A stretch of DNA of 38,298 nucleotides, taken from positions 1-38,298 of IMG/VR virus record IMGVR_UViG_3300048599_000839. The stretch is one strand, 5' to 3'. Shown in pieces: positions 35,249 through 38,298 of the stretch (its first letter is position 1; each line of letters begins with the position of its first letter). This stretch comes from a virus. Its lineage: Duplodnaviria > Caudoviricetes. Under the pieces are notes generated by a model, which was not told where the DNA came from, ran no database searches, and saw only the letters and a program-made list of their open reading frames with translations. The position numbers were made by a program, and so were the translations under genes.

Positions 35249-35468
35249 CACCTGCGAGAGGGCGAGGGCGTTCTACGTCCAGGCTTTGATCCTGCGTCAA
35301 CTGCGGTTCTTTCGGACCGCCCTCTCGCTGGTTGACCTGGCGCGCGGAGTGAATCTGACTCGCGCCGAAGTGAAGCGTGGGCTGGCCGGCCTGCAACGGC
35401 GCAAGCTGGTCCGGCGCGACGCGGCGGGGTTTAGGCCGGTGTTGCGCAAGCACTCGGCGAGAGCTTGA
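35244..35468 (+). CDS. Small winged-helix protein
   Basis: LSLVDLARGVNLTRAEVKRGLAGLQRRKLVRR. Confidence 0.65.
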   Translation: MITCERARAFYVQALILRQLRFFRTALSLVDLARGVNLTRAEVKRGLAGLQRRKLVRRDAAGFRPVLRKHSARA

Positions 35469-35487
35469 AGGTCATAAGGAGTTCGAT

Positions 35488-35826
35488 GTGAGATTTCCGC
35501 GGTTAGCCCGGATCATCCATCCGGAACATTCAGCCAGTTTTGCGGAGGTCTTCGGTGCCTTCGGCCCAGTCATCAATCGACGATCTGCCAGACTTTCGCG
35601 GCAACAGCGGCGGCGGATCATGTTTCAGCGCGTCTTCGCGCGGGTGACCGAGCGCTATGCCGTGCCGCGCGCCGAGCGGCGCTCGATCGCACGCGGACGC
35701 ATCAAGCATGGTCTGGATCCGGATTTGGCCGCGGTTCAAGGGTTCGCTCCCGCAAATCCACCCCGGCCGGCGTCTCGGGGAAATGTGCGCCGGCCGGGTG
35801 CGGGATCGGAGGCTGGCAGGGCATGA
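35488..35826 (+). CDS. Hypothetical basic protein
   Basis: GTG after TAAGGAG; its stop overlaps the next ATG. Confidence 0.55.
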   Translation: MRFPRLARIIHPEHSASFAEVFGAFGPVINRRSARLSRQQRRRIMFQRVFARVTERYAVPRAERRSIARGRIKHGLDPDLAAVQGFAPANPPRPASRGNVRRPGAGSEAGRA

Positions 35827-36071
35827 AGCGCTTGTTGATGGCGGAACAGTGGAACGAGTTCGCGCGCCTCGTGCTTCCTGGCGACGTCTCCGCCGTGCAG
35901 AGGCGCGAAATGCGGAGGGCGTTCTACGCCGGCGGCCAAGCGATCATTTTCAGGATCGTGACGGCGCTCGCTCCTGACGCGGAGCCGACCGAGGCAGATC
36001 TGCAGCTGATGGATGATCTGCATCAAGAGCTGAATGCGTTTACGCGAGACGTGATAGCTGGAAGGGCATAG
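35823..36071 (+). CDS. Conserved phage hypothetical protein
   Basis: Contains VQRREMRRAFYAG; ATGA coupling. Confidence 0.7.
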   Translation: MKRLLMAEQWNEFARLVLPGDVSAVQRREMRRAFYAGGQAIIFRIVTALAPDAEPTEADLQLMDDLHQELNAFTRDVIAGRA

Positions 36072-36076
36072 CGACC

Positions 36077-36829
36077 ATGGAATTAGTGTCGAATTTACAC
36101 CTCCTGATCATCGACGGCGAAGCTTACATCCTGTTCCCCGCGGAAAAGGTACACGAGGCCGCCCAGACGATTCAGCAATTCTTGAGGGACAGCTTGGAGT
36201 TACCCGCGCCTTTATCCTTTCCCGCGGGTAAGGCTGGGAGCACGGCTCCCGGCGCCGGGGCGGCGCAGAGTCACGCCGCCCCGCAGCTTTATAACGAGAT
36301 CCCACACGCAAGAGCGAGACGCGGGCGGGCTGACTTGTCCAAGGGTTCCCGGACTGGTGAGGCGCGAGAAACCAGTCCCTCAGTAGGGTCAAGCGCGTCA
36401 GGACAGGTTGAGCAACCGCTGGAAGTTAAAACGCCCGCGTCAATTCAGCCCCCGCAAGGGGGTGCCCGCCGGGAGGCTCAGAGCCACGAGGCACCCGGCA
36501 TTCCAATGTCGCGGGCGCTCCCTACGTCCTCCTCGGAGAGCGCCCGCGCAAACGGGTGGGCTCACGGCGCTGGACGGGCAGCTCACACGGAAGAAGCGGA
36601 GCGCAAGCGCAAGGCGAACACCGGCGTGAGTGACATGGTGCTGACTGCGCTGGCTGAGATCGGGCAGGGCGACGTGCGCGCGATCGTCGATGTGATCGAA
36701 AAGAAAGGCTTGACCGTCTCCGGCGATGATCCGGCACGGACGGTATCGAGCGCGCTCTGGTACCTGCGCACCCGCGGCAAGGTCGAGAAGGTCGAGGGTG
36801 AGTGGGGCGTGTGGAGGCGGGTGGCGTGA
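36077..36829 (+). CDS. Protein with disordered linker and C-terminal winged helix
   Basis: C-terminal VLTALAEIG..VRAIVDVI...TVSSALWYLRTRGKVEKV..GVWR. Confidence 0.7.
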   Translation: MELVSNLHLLIIDGEAYILFPAEKVHEAAQTIQQFLRDSLELPAPLSFPAGKAGSTAPGAGAAQSHAAPQLYNEIPHARARRGRADLSKGSRTGEARETSPSVGSSASGQVEQPLEVKTPASIQPPQGGARREAQSHEAPGIPMSRALPTSSSESARANGWAHGAGRAAHTEEAERKRKANTGVSDMVLTALAEIGQGDVRAIVDVIEKKGLTVSGDDPARTVSSALWYLRTRGKVEKVEGEWGVWRRVA

Positions 36830-36855
36830 CGCTGATGGGGCGGGGAGGGAGATGA

Positions 36856-37119
36856 ATGAACGCAGCAATTCCGACCAATGAAAGCACGCCAACGAAGCGC
36901 TACTACACAGCCGCGGAAGTAGCGGCGATTCTGGGATTCGACGCGACCACGGTGCGGCGCTGGTTCATCGATCTCCCGGGCGTTCTGACGGTTACACAAC
37001 CGCGGCTGCGCGGCAAGCGCCCCTACGTCAACATCCGCATTTCCCAAGAGGCATTAGACTCGTTCGAGCGAGAGCACACGCGGGGCTTCCGCCCACGGCT
37101 CAACCGTGTCCAGCGCTGA
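36856..37119 (+). CDS. xis: Excisionase / recombination directionality factor (HTH_17)
   Basis: YYTAAEVAAILGFDATTVRRWF...NIRISQEALDSF; adjacent to the integrase. Confidence 0.78.
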   Translation: MNAAIPTNESTPTKRYYTAAEVAAILGFDATTVRRWFIDLPGVLTVTQPRLRGKRPYVNIRISQEALDSFEREHTRGFRPRLNRVQR

Positions 37120-38298
37120 GTCGAGGAGTCGTTGATGCGCTGCCACGAAATGCCCGTAATACTTCTCGGTGGTTCGTACGGACCGGTGCCCCAGGATCTG
37201 CTGGACGGTACGGATGTCTGCACCGTTGAGAAGCAGCTCACTGGCGAGCGTATCGCGGAATCGATGAGCGTGGACATGGAGCCGCGTCAGGCGCGACAGC
37301 GCAACGCAGGTGCGAGCAATGCTGCGCTTGAGCGTCTCCAGCTGGGATTTGCCGCTCCAGAAAAAGTACTCCGGACTCTCGACCGGCAACGCGCCCAATG
37401 CCTGGATGGTCTCCGGCTTCAGCTTGATCTGAATGGGCACGTGAGTCTTCTCGGTGTAGCGCAGTGTCAGGTAGTGGCTCTTCGGGTTGTAGGCGCTACG
37501 CCGGAGCTGGGCGACGTCGCCGCAACGCAGGCCAGTCCCCAGCATCGTGAGCACGATGGCGCGCGCTCGGATGCGGGCCCGCGCGGCGTCCCCTGTGTTG
37601 GGACAATTCAGGCGCTCGACCGCAGCGAGAATCTGTCCGACCTCTTGCCGGGTGAAGGGCAACGCGCCTGGCGAGTCGCTCTCCGCACACTTCAGCTTTT
37701 TGGCCGGGTTCTTGGCGAGCCAGCCCTGATCTGCGCACCAGGCACAGAAGGTGCGCAGCGCCTCGGTCTCCTTGTTCAGCGTGGAGCCCGCGATCTTTTC
37801 CGTAACGTACTGCACATGCGGAACGCCGGACAAGCGCTGGAAGCGCCTTTCGGCTCGCGATTGTGGAACGGGCTTTGTCACCGTGCGCTGGTCGCGGAAG
37901 CGGCTCAAGACCTCGGGCGAGAGGTCGTCCACGCACGCGGCCGGAGCGAAGTCGATCAGGTGCTCGAGGAGTGTGTGGTAGCTGCGAATAGTGCCCGCGC
38001 CGAGATGGCGCGTGGCGCATTGCGCCAGGTAGGCCTTGACGGCGTCCGCCAAGCGCCGGCGCTTGGGCTCTTCATGGGGCAGGGGAGCGCTGCCGTTGGT
38101 TTCGTTGGTTCCTTTTTCGATGATTTCGATGCGCGCGCAGGCGCGCCGCAAATCTCTGGTGTTGAGGCTTTCCCGGATGGGTTCGGCGTGGCCTTCCAGC
38201 CGGCCGTAGACCCACAGCGGGCAATTGCAGGTAAGAAAATGCGGACCATCCGCACGGTGGGAGCAGGTTTTCAAATGACGGCGGTAGGGCTCCAACAT
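37054..38298 (-). CDS. int: Tyrosine integrase
   Basis: Catalytic set TGLRCGD, HAHRFRDT, LGH and KYY; N-terminal YRRH..C..CxCPLW domain. Confidence 0.96.
   Translation of the reverse strand: MLEPYRRHLKTCSHRADGPHFLTCNCPLWVYGRLEGHAEPIRESLNTRDLRRACARIEIIEKGTNETNGSAPLPHEEPKRRRLADAVKAYLAQCATRHLGAGTIRSYHTLLEHLIDFAPAACVDDLSPEVLSRFRDQRTVTKPVPQSRAERRFQRLSGVPHVQYVTEKIAGSTLNKETEALRTFCAWCADQGWLAKNPAKKLKCAESDSPGALPFTRQEVGQILAAVERLNCPNTGDAARARIRARAIVLTMLGTGLRCGDVAQLRRSAYNPKSHYLTLRYTEKTHVPIQIKLKPETIQALGALPVESPEYFFWSGKSQLETLKRSIARTCVALSRLTRLHVHAHRFRDTLASELLLNGADIRTVQQILGHRSVRTTEKYYGHFVAAHQRLLDSALDTVEPWAEAPRVLSLERV

Larger units (their letters stand above)
1..38298. mobile_element. Temperate siphovirus-type phage/prophage, lambda-like head module, near-complete
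   Basis: Replication, packaging, head, tail, lysis, immunity, xis and integrase modules are all present and no host housekeeping genes are recognisable. No att sites are visible; the window starts and ends exactly at start codons. Confidence 0.95.

Noticed and set aside
1-38298. tRNA, rRNA, CRISPR array, IS elements, att core repeats
   Set aside because: None recognisable by inspection; att sites probably lie outside the gene-trimmed window.

Overview
This GC-rich 38.3 kb window is a near-complete temperate siphophage or prophage with a lambda-like head. The host is probably an Acidobacteriota bacterium, inferred only from the integrase N-terminus and the tail-tip gene style. Gene order: early/accessory and replication genes (DUF5131, ASCH, DUF4031, RanBP2-type Zn finger, ParB, HNH, replication initiator), an HTH_17 regulator, a cos-like region, packaging and head genes (TerS, GpA-type TerL, gpW, portal, protease-capsid fusion, DUF2190), a tail module with a -1 frameshift chaperone, a lysis cassette (SLT endolysin, membrane proteins, a secreted beta-barrel-like protein), leftward cargo (higBA, BRCT protein, 2-TM protein), an immunity region, early genes, xis and a convergent tyrosine integrase. 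The most unusual feature is the immunity region. It has no HTH/S24 cI-type repressor; instead two divergent ribbon-helix-helix genes flank 8-bp-phased TGAC repeats, with a candidate antisense promoter and a BRCT gene downstream. Other notable signals: 10-bp-phased repeats and a structured leader at the presumed late promoter, a perfect 32-bp palindrome in the replication gene, a 26-codon lysozyme relic marking a tail-fibre swap, and a 19-bp repeat bracketing one early gene. All family calls come from reading motifs by eye; no searches were run.
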